The notes under the pieces: model-generated
What the model was told of the DNA's origin: nothing
What the model saw: only the letters and a program-made list of their open reading frames with translations
The model's database searches: none
Shown: positions 43,038-54,290 of the stretch, in pieces
Numbering within the stretch: position 1 is the stretch's first letter
Layout: each line of letters opens with the position of its first letter
Assembly: GCA_963850905.1 (NCBI GenBank)
Contig: CAWKMU010000003.1
Coordinates: 32,001-96,000, forward strand
From: an uncultured Gemmatimonadales bacterium
GTDB taxonomy: Bacteria > Gemmatimonadota > Gemmatimonadetes > Gemmatimonadales > Gemmatimonadaceae
DNA: 64,000 bases
Direction of reading: 5' to 3'
Translations under genes and position numbers: made by a program

Positions 43038-43508
43038 TCATCCCTCCTCATAGTCCGAGCCACCGCGATGCCGTTCTTCATCTTCCGTATCATACTCGTC
43101 ATCGAGGTCGACTAGGTCGTCGTCGAATTCGTCGTCGTCGAGATCCTCGTCGAGGTCCTCATCGTCCTCATCCTCCTCATCGTCCTCGTCGAGGTCGTCT
43201 AGATCGTCGAGGTCGTCCGCATCGAGCTCTGCCTCATCCTCGTCGTCCTCGTCGTCCTCGTCATCATCGTCGTCCTCGTCGTCCTCGTCGTCCTCGTCCT
43301 CATCGGCCGGCCGACGCGGCGACAACCAGCCACCGCCAGGCGCTACCCATTCCGCCGTCAGCTCGCCGTCCGCGCGCTCAGGCGCCTCTCGGGCACCGTC
43401 AGCCGGCGTCACGCGCGCTACACGTGACCAGAAGTCCTCCCACGACATCGCGTCCACGACACCCGCCCGTGGCGCGCCGCCCGGCAGCGCGTCGAACAGG
43501 TCCGACAT
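43038..43508 (-). CDS. Asp/Glu-rich hypothetical protein
   Basis: Long acidic tract in an open frame; GGAG RBS. Confidence 0.55.
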   Translation of the reverse strand: MSDLFDALPGGAPRAGVVDAMSWEDFWSRVARVTPADGAREAPERADGELTAEWVAPGGGWLSPRRPADEDEDDEDDEDDDDDEDDEDDEDEAELDADDLDDLDDLDEDDEEDEDDEDLDEDLDDDEFDDDLVDLDDEYDTEDEERHRGGSDYEEG

Positions 43509-43803
43509 GGCAGTGCTCTCCGTCGCGTCAAAAGGGTGGTCCTGCGTCGAGACACCGGTCCGATCGCGCCCAGCCAATCCGCTATAGCCGCTCGACTCGC
43601 GTCGCATGCTCCCGCCAGCTGAAACCGCTCGAGCAATTCGCTGCACAGCGTGCGAAGGAAGATGACGGTGGACGGTAAGCGGGCAGGTCGAGGCCGGTGC
43701 GCCAGAGCCGGACGTGGCGCAAGTGTCGTATTCGCACGACACGCGCCGCACGGCTGTGAGAAGGACCGTTACCGGTAGTGGAGTAAGTGAGTGGTTTCGC
43801 GTT

Positions 43804-45639
43804 CTACAGCGACGCCCGCTCCCGTTTGGCTTCCCGCGACAGCTTCTTCCGATCGTTCGCGCTGAGGAACCGCTTCCGCAATCGCACCGATTGCGGGGTG
43901 ATCTCGATCAACTCGTCGTCTTCGATATACTCAAGCGCGCCCTCCAGCGTCAACTCCCGCGGGGGCTCCAGCTGGATGTTCTCGTCGCTGGCCTTGCTGC
44001 GCATGTTGGTCAGTTTCTTCTCTTTGGTCGGATTTACGTCCATATCACCCGGCCTCGAGTTCTCCCCCACAATCATCCCCTCGTAGACCGGCGTACCCGG
44101 GGCCACAAACAAGGTCGACCGCTCCGCCAGATTGGCCAAGGCGAACGCGACCACGACCCCCGCCTCCATGGACACGAGGGTGCCGCGCGAACGGCCGGCC
44201 AACGGCCCCGCCCAGGGTCCGTAATCCAGAAACCGATGGTGAATGATGCCCATGCCACGGGTATCGGTCAGGAATTCCGAGCGATAACCGAAGAGCCCGC
44301 GGGCCGGAATCCGATACAGCAGCCGCACCAGCCCCTGCCCGGGATTCTTCATCTCCAGCATCTCCGCCCGGCGCTGCCCGAGCTTCTCGATCACCACACC
44401 CAAGTACTCCTCGGGCACGTCGATCGCGAGCTCCTCGTACGGCTCCAGCCGCTCGCCCGTGGCCCCGCGCTTCGTGATCACCCGCGGTCGCGACACCTGG
44501 AACTCGTAGCCCTCGCGCCGCATCGTCTCCATTAAAATCGACAGGTGCAGCTCCCCGCGACCGGACACCGTCCAGGTATCGGTCGAATCCGTGTCCGCCA
44601 CACGAAGCGCAACGTTGCGCTCGAGCTCCCGGTAGAGGCGCTCGCGCACCTGACGCGAGGTCACGAACTTCCCGTCGCGCCCCGCAAAGGGCGAGTTGTT
44701 CACGAGGAAATCGACCGAGATCGTCGGTTCCTCGACCGCGATCCCCGCCAGACGATCAGCGTGCTCCACGTCCGTCACCGTCAGCCCGATCTCCACACCC
44801 TCGAGCCCCGCCAACGCGACGATCTCCCCGGCGGGCGCTGACTCCACCTCGATCCGCTCCAATCCCTCGAAGCCATACAGCTTCGTCGCCCGCGCGCGCT
44901 GCGCCGGCTCAGTCGGATCGAGTGGCAAGAGCGCCACGGTATCGCCCACGTGCACCGTGCCCCGCTCGATGCGCCCGATCCCCAGCCGGCCGAGATACGG
45001 CGAGTGGTCGATCGTCGAGATGAGCATCTGGAAGGGGCCCATCGCGTTACCGGGCGGCGGCGGCACGTGTTGCACAATCGACTCGAACAGCGGCGTCAAG
45101 TCGACAGCCGGTATATCGAGATCGGTCGTTGCCACCCCGTCGCGCGCCGACGCATAGATCACCGGCGCGTCGAGCTGCGCCGCATCCGCCTCGAGCTCAA
45201 TGAAGAGATCGAGCACCTCATCGTGCACGCGCAGCGGATCCGCACCGGGCCGGTCGATCTTGTTGATCACCACGATCGGCGTGCGGCCAAGAGCCAGCGC
45301 TTTCCGCAACACGAATCGCGTCTGCGGCATAGGCCCGTCGAACGCGTCGACCACCAGCAACACCCCGTCCACCATCCGGAGGATGCGCTCGACCTCGCCG
45401 CCGAAGTCCGCGTGACCGGGCGTGTCGACAATGTTGATCTTGGTCTCACGCCACCGCACGGATGTGTTCTTCGCGAGGATGGTGATGCCACGCTCGCGCT
45501 CGAGTGGGTTGGAATCCATCACCCGCTCCATGACGACCTGGTTCTCACGAAACGCCCCCGCCTGCCGAAGCATCTTGTCCACGAGGGTCGTCTTACCGTG
45601 GTCGACGTGCGCGATAATGGCCACGTTCCTGATTCGCAT
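43804..45639 (-). CDS. typA: Translational GTPase TypA/BipA
   Basis: [35 protein letters not shown]. Confidence 0.97.
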   Translation of the reverse strand: MRIRNVAIIAHVDHGKTTLVDKMLRQAGAFRENQVVMERVMDSNPLERERGITILAKNTSVRWRETKINIVDTPGHADFGGEVERILRMVDGVLLVVDAFDGPMPQTRFVLRKALALGRTPIVVINKIDRPGADPLRVHDEVLDLFIELEADAAQLDAPVIYASARDGVATTDLDIPAVDLTPLFESIVQHVPPPPGNAMGPFQMLISTIDHSPYLGRLGIGRIERGTVHVGDTVALLPLDPTEPAQRARATKLYGFEGLERIEVESAPAGEIVALAGLEGVEIGLTVTDVEHADRLAGIAVEEPTISVDFLVNNSPFAGRDGKFVTSRQVRERLYRELERNVALRVADTDSTDTWTVSGRGELHLSILMETMRREGYEFQVSRPRVITKRGATGERLEPYEELAIDVPEEYLGVVIEKLGQRRAEMLEMKNPGQGLVRLLYRIPARGLFGYRSEFLTDTRGMGIIHHRFLDYGPWAGPLAGRSRGTLVSMEAGVVVAFALANLAERSTLFVAPGTPVYEGMIVGENSRPGDMDVNPTKEKKLTNMRSKASDENIQLEPPRELTLEGALEYIEDDELIEITPQSVRLRKRFLSANDRKKLSREAKRERASL

Positions 45640-45697
45640 AGCCTTGCAATATAGTCGGTTAGGTGACCTCCACGCCGATGGCGCGTTATTCGTGACG

Positions 45698-47467
45698 ATG
45701 CCGTCGCTCGCCGCACACAAGAGCCGAAACCCTGGGAAATGGGACCGGAAGCAGCCGGCCGCGAAGACTGGGCCTTTTTCTCCTCTCTCCTTTCAGGTGT
45801 TCTCCTTTCTCGGCGCGAGCGCCGTCGCCGCCGCGGTCTACATCGGAGCCCTGGCCAACGGATTCGCGTACGACGACCTCTCCGTCATCTCGAACAACGA
45901 CTGGGTGCGGCACGGAGCCGTTCTCACGCAAGCTTTTGCCTTGCCGTACTGGCCATCCGGCGCGCTCTACCGCCCGCTCACGAGTCTCTCCTACGGCCTG
46001 GATTGGGCGCTGAGCGGTGGGCACCCCCTCCTGTTTCACGCGGTGAACATCGCGTGGTACGCACTGGACGCCGTGCTCGTCACCCGCCTGGCGCTCCGAT
46101 GGTGGCCACCGCTCGCTGCCGCACTCGCGGGCCTCCTCTTCGCCGTACAGCCGGTACACGTCGAAGCAGTGGCCAACGTCGTTGGACGAGCCGAGCTGCT
46201 CACCGGGACCGCTCTCCTCACACTCGCACTGGTCGCGTCGACACCACGCCCGCTCTCGACGGCCCGCCTGGTCGTGATCGGACTGCTATCGGCCGCCGCA
46301 CTCTGTACAAAGGAGACCGGGGTCGTCGCGCCGCTCATCGTGTGGGCAACCGCTCGCCTGCGGCCTGACACGACCACGGCAGATGTCCGCCGGATGACCG
46401 GTGCCGCCCTCCTCGGGGTCGCCGTCCCCCTCGTGCAGCGGATCAATGTCCTCGGCACCGTGACCGGGGATAGCCCGCACCCGGCGTTCATCGCCGCGTC
46501 GCATACCCAGTCGCTGGCCTTGGCGCTCGCGACGATTCCCCGCGCCACCTGGCTGCTCATCGTCCCACACCTGCCTCGCATCGACTACTCGCCGTCAACC
46601 GCGGCACTCACACACCCCGATGTCACACTCGTGTCGTGCGGCGCAGTGCTCGTCATCCTCGCCTGCGGGGTGCTCGTCGTCCACGCACGCTGGCCATCGC
46701 GGTGGACGTGGGCCGCCGTGTTCGCGATCGGTACGTTCGCGCCGGTCTCCAACTTCGTCGTGCACACCGGCGTCGTGCTGGCCGACCGCACGCTGTATTG
46801 TCCGAGCATCGGCACCTCGATACTGCTTGGCGCCGCGATCGCATTCTGTATGAACGCCGCAGCGCGCCTCCGGATCGGTGCTGCTCTTGGCCGGTTGACC
46901 CACACTCGCGGTTCCCGGCACCCGTCAGCCCATCGTGCACACGCCATCGTGCAGCGCAGCCTCACAGTCGCAGTGTCGGCCGCCGCGGCCACGCTCGTCA
47001 TCGCCAGCGTCATCGATACCGTGCGGACGGTCGGTGTGTGGCGCGACAACCAGTCGGTCTTCACCGCAATGCGCGACCGCTCACCGAACAGCTACCGCGG
47101 CTACTACATGCTCGGCGTCGAAGCCCGCACGCAGAGCGCGCGCACGCATGAGCCCTCACTCGAGGCGCACCGCGATTTCATCACCGCCATCTCGCTGTTC
47201 GACGGTGACCCGATCCTCCTCTACGAGGCCGCCGTCAACGCGTTGCAGCTCCGCGATACCTCGGACGCCCTGACTTGGCTCGCGCAATCAATCGACCGCG
47301 ACCCCAGACAGCGGCGTCCGCGGACCATGCTGGCCCTGTTGGACCTCTCCCGCGGCGAGACGTCGGCCGCGCGCGAGTTGCTCCGCACCGGCGTCGCACT
47401 CGAGCCGGATCAGCGAGCGTGGCGCAAGATGCTCGACTCGCTCGACCGCGCCGCCCACACATCCTGA
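45698..47467 (+). CDS. TMTC-like GT-C membrane glycosyltransferase with TPR tail
   Basis: [36 protein letters not shown]. Confidence 0.8.
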   Translation: MPSLAAHKSRNPGKWDRKQPAAKTGPFSPLSFQVFSFLGASAVAAAVYIGALANGFAYDDLSVISNNDWVRHGAVLTQAFALPYWPSGALYRPLTSLSYGLDWALSGGHPLLFHAVNIAWYALDAVLVTRLALRWWPPLAAALAGLLFAVQPVHVEAVANVVGRAELLTGTALLTLALVASTPRPLSTARLVVIGLLSAAALCTKETGVVAPLIVWATARLRPDTTTADVRRMTGAALLGVAVPLVQRINVLGTVTGDSPHPAFIAASHTQSLALALATIPRATWLLIVPHLPRIDYSPSTAALTHPDVTLVSCGAVLVILACGVLVVHARWPSRWTWAAVFAIGTFAPVSNFVVHTGVVLADRTLYCPSIGTSILLGAAIAFCMNAAARLRIGAALGRLTHTRGSRHPSAHRAHAIVQRSLTVAVSAAAATLVIASVIDTVRTVGVWRDNQSVFTAMRDRSPNSYRGYYMLGVEARTQSARTHEPSLEAHRDFITAISLFDGDPILLYEAAVNALQLRDTSDALTWLAQSIDRDPRQRRPRTMLALLDLSRGETSAARELLRTGVALEPDQRAWRKMLDSLDRAAHTS

Positions 47468-47474
47468 GCGCCCG

Positions 47475-49181
47475 GTGCCCCCCGCCGGCCAACCGCTTCA
47501 CCGCCCCGCTGCACCGTCCGCACGCCCGAAACCGAGCGTCGGCGGCCCACCCCTCACCGTCGCCGCCAGTTCCCCGTCATCCGTCACCCGTCGCCCGTCA
47601 CCCGTCTTTCTCGCCCTTCCTGTCCTCCTGGCCGTCCTCTGCTTCCTGCCGGCACTCCGCGACGGCTTCGCGCTCGACGATCTCCCGATCATCCGCGACA
47701 ACCTGCAGATCCATTCGCTCGCCGGGATCCCGCGGGCACTGGCGCTGCCCTACTGGTACGCCGAGCGCCACCTCTATCGCCCGCTGACGACCCTGTCGTT
47801 CGGACTTGAATGGACGTTGGGCGGAGGCCGGCCGCTGCTCTTCCATCTGCTCAACCTCCTCTGGCACGCGCTGGTCACGGCACTGGTCGTCCGCCTCGCA
47901 CTCCGCTGGTGGCCGCCGCTCGCGGCGGGTGTCGCCGGTCTGTGGTTCGCCGTCCACGCGGTCCACGCAGAGACCGTCGCGAACATTGTCGGACGGTCCG
48001 AGCTGGTCTGCGCCGCAGCATTGCTCGGCCTTGCGCTCCTCGCGAGCGGTCAACCCGCAGTTGATGCGCCCGCGGCGCGCCGGCGCGAGTGGTGGTGGGT
48101 CTTCGCGCTCGCGGCTGCGGCGATGGCAAGCAAGGAGACCGGTGCCGTCGCGCCGTTTATTGCGTGGGCCGCTGCCATCACACCAGTCGCGGACACGCCG
48201 CACCGGGACAGACATCGCGCATGGCGCCTGGCCGGCGCCGCGGCCGCCGGCGTCGTGGTGCTGATCGCCGCACGCCTCATCGTGCTTGGCTCATTCGCGG
48301 GCGACGCGCCGCACTACGCCTTCAGCCTGATCTCGGGCATACGTGCCGTGCTGCTCGCCCTCGCGACGATCCCGACCGCTGTCGGGTTGCTGCTCGTGCC
48401 GCAGCCACCGCGCCTCGACTATTCGCCGCCCGAGACGATCATTTTCCACCCCCCGTTCGCCGCCGTCGCCGCGGGGACGGCCGTAGTGCTCGCGGCCATC
48501 GCAGTCGTGGTGTGGCACGCGCGAAAGCCGAATCGCTGGACATTGGCCGCATGCTTTGCTGCGGCCACATTTGCGCCAGTCTCGAACCTGCTCGTGCACA
48601 CAGGGATCGTCGTCGCGGACCGTACGCTGTATAGCCCGAGCATCGGTGTCGCCCTCATTGCCGGTGCCGCCATCGCTGCCGCATGGTCTGCCCGCCAGTG
48701 GCTCCACGTGGCCGGCGCGGCGCTCATCATGGCGACGGGCGCCGTCTTTACCGTTTCGTCGCTCGGCGCCTGGCGCGATTCCCAGACAGCGTTCACCGCG
48801 ATCCGCGACCGCTCGCCCGCGAGCTTCATCGGCCACTACATGGTCGCCAAGGTGGAGGACTCCCAGGGCGATGCCCAAGCCGCCGGCATCGAGTACGCGC
48901 ATGCCCTCGCGCTGACGCCGCACAACGCCCCGCTGCTCTACATGGCTGGCGCCAACGCCCTGCGCCGCCGCGATACCACTGCCGCCTTTGCGCTGCTGTC
49001 GCGATCGGTCACCCTGGGCCCAACCAGTGCCCGCGCCCGCACTGCCCTTGCGACGCTGACGCTGACCCTGGGCGATACCGCCACCGCCATCCGCCTCCTC
49101 CGCGCCGGCCTCGCCCTCGATCCGACGGAGCGCGTATGGCAAATGGAACTGCGGCACTTGGGAGAGGGGACGGCACGGTAA
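47475..49181 (+). CDS. TMTC-like GT-C glycosyltransferase paralog
   Basis: GFALDD, YRPLT, HAETVANIVGRSEL, KETG, ADRTLY. Confidence 0.8.
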   Translation: MPPAGQPLHRPAAPSARPKPSVGGPPLTVAASSPSSVTRRPSPVFLALPVLLAVLCFLPALRDGFALDDLPIIRDNLQIHSLAGIPRALALPYWYAERHLYRPLTTLSFGLEWTLGGGRPLLFHLLNLLWHALVTALVVRLALRWWPPLAAGVAGLWFAVHAVHAETVANIVGRSELVCAAALLGLALLASGQPAVDAPAARRREWWWVFALAAAAMASKETGAVAPFIAWAAAITPVADTPHRDRHRAWRLAGAAAAGVVVLIAARLIVLGSFAGDAPHYAFSLISGIRAVLLALATIPTAVGLLLVPQPPRLDYSPPETIIFHPPFAAVAAGTAVVLAAIAVVVWHARKPNRWTLAACFAAATFAPVSNLLVHTGIVVADRTLYSPSIGVALIAGAAIAAAWSARQWLHVAGAALIMATGAVFTVSSLGAWRDSQTAFTAIRDRSPASFIGHYMVAKVEDSQGDAQAAGIEYAHALALTPHNAPLLYMAGANALRRRDTTAAFALLSRSVTLGPTSARARTALATLTLTLGDTATAIRLLRAGLALDPTERVWQMELRHLGEGTAR

Positions 49182-49301
49182 GGAACAGGCGGTGACGGGT
49201 TTCGGGTAATGGCAACGACGCCTGCTATTCGGCGGGTAGGGGCGACGCAATGCGTCGCCCGCCGTTGGCGAACGGCGCACGACGCCCGCGCGTCTAGCCC
49301 C

Positions 49302-50906
49302 TCACTTCTTCCCCGCGGGCCTGGGCGTCGCTGAGCCCCCCTTCGTCGCCGGATTCGATCCCGACTTCGAAGCCGAATTCGCGTCCTCGGTTTCGGCAAA
49401 GCTCATGTCGTGCCCATGGTTCTTGAGAAGCATCACGAGGCCGGTCTTGTCCTGCGCCCTCAAATAGGCCTCTCTGGGCTCGACCTGCCGCGCGTCCACC
49501 AGCTCGGCCAGCGCGTCGTTCAGCGTCACCATGCCCAGCCGTCGCGACGTTTGCATGATCGACGGGATCTGGAACGTCTTGCCCTCGCGAATCAGGTTCG
49601 CCAGCGCGGGAATCGCCAGCAGAATCTCACGTGCCGCCACCCGGCCACCGCCGATCTTGCGGCAGAGAATCTGGGCGATCACGCCCTTGAGCGACTCCGA
49701 CAACATGACGCGGATCTGTTCCTGTCGGTCGGCGGAGAACTGATCGATGATGCGGTCGACCGTGCTCGCCGCCGTCGTCGTGTGCAGCGTGCCGAACACC
49801 AAGTGGCCGGTTTCCGCGGTCTCGATCGCAATCGAGACGGTTTCGAGGTCACGGAGCTCGCCGACGAGAATGATGTCTGGATCCTCACGCAGCGCGGCGC
49901 GCAGCGCGGCCTTGAACGACTGCGTGTGTTGACCGACCTGTCGCTGCGTGATCATGCACTTCTTGTTGTTGTGCACGAACTCGATCGGGTCCTCGATCGT
50001 GATCACATGATCGTTGCGGACGCGATTCACGAGGTCCACCAATGCGCACAGCGTGGTCGACTTGCCCGAGCCCGTCGGCCCAGTGACCAGCACCAGCCCC
50101 TTACTGAGATAGCAGAGGTTCTGCACCTCCTGCGACAGCCCGAGCTGCTCGACCGTGATCACGCTCGACGGGATGATACGAAAGACCGCGGCCGACCCGC
50201 GCCGATCCCTGAGCGCGTTGGCGCGGAAGCGCGCAACGCCCTCGAGTTCGTAGGCGAAGTCGGTGTCCCAGGCGTCGGCGTACTCCTGCCGGTTCCTTGG
50301 CGGCATGATCGCCCGGAGCATCGCGGTCATCGCGTCGTCCTCGATCGCCGGATACCCCTCCAACCGCACGATCTCACCATGCAGCCGCATCAACGGCGGC
50401 TCGCCGCACCTGAGATGCAGATCCGAGGCGCCCTTCTCCGCCAGGATCTTGAGCAGACTGTCCATGTCGTGCAGTGCCGCTTTCGCCTTCTCAGTAGCCG
50501 TCTCGGCCACCGCCAGTTGGCTGTCGCCTTCGACGATGAGCGTCGCCATCCGCGGCTCGGCGCGGTCGCCGTTCACCGCGCCGTTCGTGCTCAGGTCGCG
50601 CCCGGGCACATACACGTCGATGGACGCGTACCACTTGCCAGATTCGATGGTCGTCCGGACCGAGAAGACAGTCCCGGCGTGCGTGTAGTGAAAGGCGGTC
50701 GGCAAACCCTCTGCGAGCTGCTCGGCCGCGCTCTCCGGCGCGATCTCGCGCAACAGCATGAGGAGTTGCTGGGACGAAAGTGCCTGGCGCGTGATCGGCC
50801 GCGGCACCCCCTCGACCTGCAGGACGGCCACGTCGTTCTCGATCAGATTGATCGATTCGGCGTGGTTCGACACCATGACATCGAGGAAGCGGTCGAGCTG
50901 GGCCAT
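49302..50906 (-). CDS. pilT: PilT/PilU type IV pilus ATPase with an extra N-terminal domain
   Basis: GASDLHL, GPTGSGKSTT, TIEDPIE, LREDPD, AETGHLVFGTLHT. Confidence 0.92.
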   Translation of the reverse strand: MAQLDRFLDVMVSNHAESINLIENDVAVLQVEGVPRPITRQALSSQQLLMLLREIAPESAAEQLAEGLPTAFHYTHAGTVFSVRTTIESGKWYASIDVYVPGRDLSTNGAVNGDRAEPRMATLIVEGDSQLAVAETATEKAKAALHDMDSLLKILAEKGASDLHLRCGEPPLMRLHGEIVRLEGYPAIEDDAMTAMLRAIMPPRNRQEYADAWDTDFAYELEGVARFRANALRDRRGSAAVFRIIPSSVITVEQLGLSQEVQNLCYLSKGLVLVTGPTGSGKSTTLCALVDLVNRVRNDHVITIEDPIEFVHNNKKCMITQRQVGQHTQSFKAALRAALREDPDIILVGELRDLETVSIAIETAETGHLVFGTLHTTTAASTVDRIIDQFSADRQEQIRVMLSESLKGVIAQILCRKIGGGRVAAREILLAIPALANLIREGKTFQIPSIMQTSRRLGMVTLNDALAELVDARQVEPREAYLRAQDKTGLVMLLKNHGHDMSFAETEDANSASKSGSNPATKGGSATPRPAGKK

Positions 50907-50991
50907 GTGGGGGGTTGGGGCGATGGCACGGGCGACGCGTGTGTCGCCCGCAGATTGTAGGGGCGACGTTATGCGTCGCCCGGGGTTTTTG

Positions 50992-51456
50992 TTAATCCAT
51001 GGTTTTGACCCGTTCGATCAACTCGCGGTTGATCAAACGGACGCCACCGGCACTGTACAGCGTGAGGAACCGCTGCGCGTACCGGTTCAGATAGTCGAGT
51101 AAGCGTGGACGTTCAGCTGGCATCTCGAGATACAGCCGTCCAGCCCGCACCGTCCCGTCCCGGAGCGTCACCTCGACCCCCTCTGCGCGAACCACCGGCG
51201 CGACAGCCGCCTCCTGCCCCGTGTCGTCCGTGAACTCCACCTCGCGGACCTGATGCTTCGCAATGAGCAGCGTGTCCCCCGCCCGAACGAGCGGGAAGAA
51301 CGGCTCGGGGGCATTCAGGACGTCCGGAATCTCCTCGCTCCCAGTGTGATGCCGGGAAAACCGCTGCACGAACATCTCACCGTTCAATTGCTCGCCTCCC
51401 AACATCTGAAGCGACACAACACGGCGGTCTTTCTCGATGCGGAAGTCCGTCGTCAT
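50992..51456 (-). CDS. Conserved hypothetical protein
   Basis: Two-repeat pattern DVLNAPEPFFPL / RLLDYLN...RFLTL. Confidence 0.6.
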   Translation of the reverse strand: MTTDFRIEKDRRVVSLQMLGGEQLNGEMFVQRFSRHHTGSEEIPDVLNAPEPFFPLVRAGDTLLIAKHQVREVEFTDDTGQEAAVAPVVRAEGVEVTLRDGTVRAGRLYLEMPAERPRLLDYLNRYAQRFLTLYSAGGVRLINRELIERVKTMD

Positions 51457-51779
51457 GCCGGGCACGCTGTGAACGGTGATGGCACTGAACACGAACTAGA
51501 CGCCCGGCGGGGAGGGGGGGCAACGGTAGGGACCGGGTGACGGGTGACGGGTTTCGGGTAACGGCACCGTCACCTGCTATTCGGCGGGTAGGGGCGACGC
51601 AATGCGTCGCCCGCCGTTGGCAAACGCCGCACGCCGGCCGCGCGGCGCATTTGGAGAAAGGCCGATCACGGTGCACGGTGGACGGCCTTGGACCGGTAGG
51701 GGCGACGCTTTGCGTCGCCCGTTGTTGTCGTTGCGGTTGCCGTTCCTTGACCCCAGACCCCAAACCCCAGACCCGCCGT

Positions 51780-52781
51780 TTATTGGTGCAAATGCGCCTC
51801 GCGCTCAAACATCTCACGCCGCTCGAGCTGGATCGTCACGTGCTCGATGCCGAACAGCCGCATCGCATCGTGGATGTGCTCCAGGACATGCTGATGCCGG
51901 TCCGGCTCGCGGACGATCGCGTGCGCACTCATCGCGATCACTCCCGACGTCACCGTCCAGACGTGGAGATCATGGACCGACTCGATCCCGGGGATCGCCA
52001 CCAGCTGCATGCGAACGGCGCCGGTCGAGATGTGCGCTGGCGTCGACTCGAGCAGAATGTCGACCGACTCGCGGACGAGCCGCCACGCCCCACGCATGAT
52101 CAGGAGCGTCATCACGATCGACGCGATCGGGTCCGCCTCCGGCCGCCCGGCGACCCGTACGATCACCGCCGCGATCACCGTGCCCACGGACCCCAGCAGG
52201 TCACCGAGGACGTGGATGTACGCGCCGCGCATGTTGAGACTGCCGTGCGATCCCGCGTGTAGTACGTACGCCGACACGAGGTTCGTCGCGACGCTGGCCA
52301 GTGCCACGCCCAACATCAGACCGCTCGCGATCGGCTGCGGGTGCCGGATGCGGAGGATGGCCTCCGAGATGATCCACAGCGAGACGGCGAGCAGCGTGGC
52401 GCCGTTCAGGAACGCCGCTAGGATCTCCCAGCGTAGATAGCCGTAGGTTTTCTGCGGCGTCTCCGGCACGCGGCTGAACCAGACGACAAACAGCGAGAGC
52501 CCGAGCGCGGCGACATCGGTCAACATGTGGCCGGCGTCCGAGAGCAGCGCGAGCGAGTTGGCGAGCACACCGCCGATGACTTCCGCGACGAGAAAGACAG
52601 CCGTGAGCGTCAGCGCGATCTTGAGCCCGCGCGTGTCGCTGTCCGCTCCCAGATGGCGGTGCCCGACCCCTCCGCTATGCGAATGGCCATGGTCGTGGTG
52701 CTCGTGCCCGGCATCCCCGTCGTGGCCGCGCTTGCCGTCGGGCTCCCGGCCGGGCCCGCTACCGTGGTGGGACGCGGACAT
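51780..52781 (-). CDS. Cation diffusion facilitator (CzcD/ZitB-like)
   Basis: His-rich N-terminus, SLALLSDAGHMLTD, HVLGDLLGS, HDLHVW. Confidence 0.93.
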   Translation of the reverse strand: MSASHHGSGPGREPDGKRGHDGDAGHEHHDHGHSHSGGVGHRHLGADSDTRGLKIALTLTAVFLVAEVIGGVLANSLALLSDAGHMLTDVAALGLSLFVVWFSRVPETPQKTYGYLRWEILAAFLNGATLLAVSLWIISEAILRIRHPQPIASGLMLGVALASVATNLVSAYVLHAGSHGSLNMRGAYIHVLGDLLGSVGTVIAAVIVRVAGRPEADPIASIVMTLLIMRGAWRLVRESVDILLESTPAHISTGAVRMQLVAIPGIESVHDLHVWTVTSGVIAMSAHAIVREPDRHQHVLEHIHDAMRLFGIEHVTIQLERREMFEREAHLHQ

Positions 52782-52799
52782 GGCTAGTACCTTCCGTTT

Positions 52800-54143
52800 G
52801 TGCTCGCCCGCGTACTGGCCGTCATAGCGCTCGTGTGCTTGAACGGGTTCTTCGTCGGCGCTGAGTTCGCGCTCGTTCGCTCGCGGCGCACACGCCTGGA
52901 GGCACGTGCGTCCGAGGGCGACCGCTTGGCCGCTTTGGCCTTCCGCGCTACATCTAACATCCCGCCTCTACTCTCGGCCAGCCAGTTGGGCGTCACACTC
53001 GCCAGCCTCGGCCTCGGCTGGGTCGCGCAATCGACGGTCGCGGGGTGGGTAGCGGAGGGCCTCGGGCACCTGCCGTGGGCCATCGAGATCCCGCTCAGGC
53101 TGACGATTGCGGCCGCCGTCGCGATCGCCGTTGTGACCTACCTCCACGTGGTGTTCGGCGAGTTGGCCCCCAAAGGCGCGGCCCTGCTCCACCCGGAGGC
53201 GCTGGCCCGCTGGCTCGTTCCGCCACTCATGGTCTGGGCCTGGCTCACCACACCGATCACCGCGCTCCTGAACAGGTCCGCGCAAGCCGTCCTCCGCACC
53301 GGGGGCCGCCCGCAGGACATGGGGCACGACAGCGTCCACTCGCCGGAGGAATTGCGTCTGCTCGTCGAGCAGGCCGAGGAGGGCGGCACGCTGGAGCGTC
53401 ATGACGCGGCAATGATCGACGCGGTGTTCGAGTTCTCGGAAAAGAGCGCACGCGAGGTGATGACGCCACGGACCGATATCGTCGCGCTGCCCAGCGACGC
53501 CTCCCTGGATGAGACCCTCGCCATTGTGCTGGATGGCGGCTTCTCGCGCTACCCCGTCTACACTGAGACAATCGACAATATCATCGGCATCCTGCTCGCC
53601 AAGGACCTCCTCCCCATTGTCGGAGAGCGCCCAGCGAACGTCACACCCGCCTCGATCATGCGTGCCGCCCACGTCATTCCAGCTTCGCGAGAGGTCGAGG
53701 ACGTCCTGGCGGACTTCAAGCGACTCAAGGACCACATGGCGATCGTCGTCGACGAGTACGGCGGCACGGCCGGCATTGTGACCATGGAAGACCTGCTGGA
53801 GGAAATCGTCGGCGAGATCCTCGACGAGTACGACGAGCCGCACGCGACAGCCCCGACCTCGACGCACGGTGAGCTGCTCGTCGCGGGAAGCACCAATATC
53901 GGAGAGCTCAATAGCCGCTACGAGCTCAAAGTGCCCGAGGAGGAGTTCACGACGATCGGCGGCTTCGTCTTCGGCGCGCTCGGGCGTCTCCCAGCAGTCG
54001 CCGACCGCGTCACCGCCGGCGGCGCGACGTTTACCGTCCGCGACATGGAAGGCCGGCGCGTCGAGACCCTGAGCATGGAGATCGTACCGGTGAGGGAAAA
54101 CTCAGGCTCCGAGATTGACGAAGGACAACGAGTCTCGGGTTAG
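52800..54143 (+). CDS. Hemolysin-family CNNM/CBS/CorC protein
   Basis: NGFFVGAEFA, GELAPK, VMTPR, VDEYGGTAGIVTMEDLLEEIVGEI. Confidence 0.93.
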   Translation: MLARVLAVIALVCLNGFFVGAEFALVRSRRTRLEARASEGDRLAALAFRATSNIPPLLSASQLGVTLASLGLGWVAQSTVAGWVAEGLGHLPWAIEIPLRLTIAAAVAIAVVTYLHVVFGELAPKGAALLHPEALARWLVPPLMVWAWLTTPITALLNRSAQAVLRTGGRPQDMGHDSVHSPEELRLLVEQAEEGGTLERHDAAMIDAVFEFSEKSAREVMTPRTDIVALPSDASLDETLAIVLDGGFSRYPVYTETIDNIIGILLAKDLLPIVGERPANVTPASIMRAAHVIPASREVEDVLADFKRLKDHMAIVVDEYGGTAGIVTMEDLLEEIVGEILDEYDEPHATAPTSTHGELLVAGSTNIGELNSRYELKVPEEEFTTIGGFVFGALGRLPAVADRVTAGGATFTVRDMEGRRVETLSMEIVPVRENSGSEIDEGQRVSG

Positions 54144-54290
54144 ACCCGCCGAAAATCTCACCGTCCCACCGACATGTAGGGGCGGCCTTCAGGCCGCCCG
54201 CCTCTTGCGGGTGGTCCTTGTCTCCCCTCTCCTTTCCGCGTTTCTCGTCTCTCGGGCGCGAAGCGCCCGCGGCCCCTGACCCCCCCGCAG

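Noticed and set aside
43080..43305. TCG/TCA/TCC-rich tandem repeat
   Set aside because: Explained by Asp/Glu codons of the acidic ORF on the minus strand.
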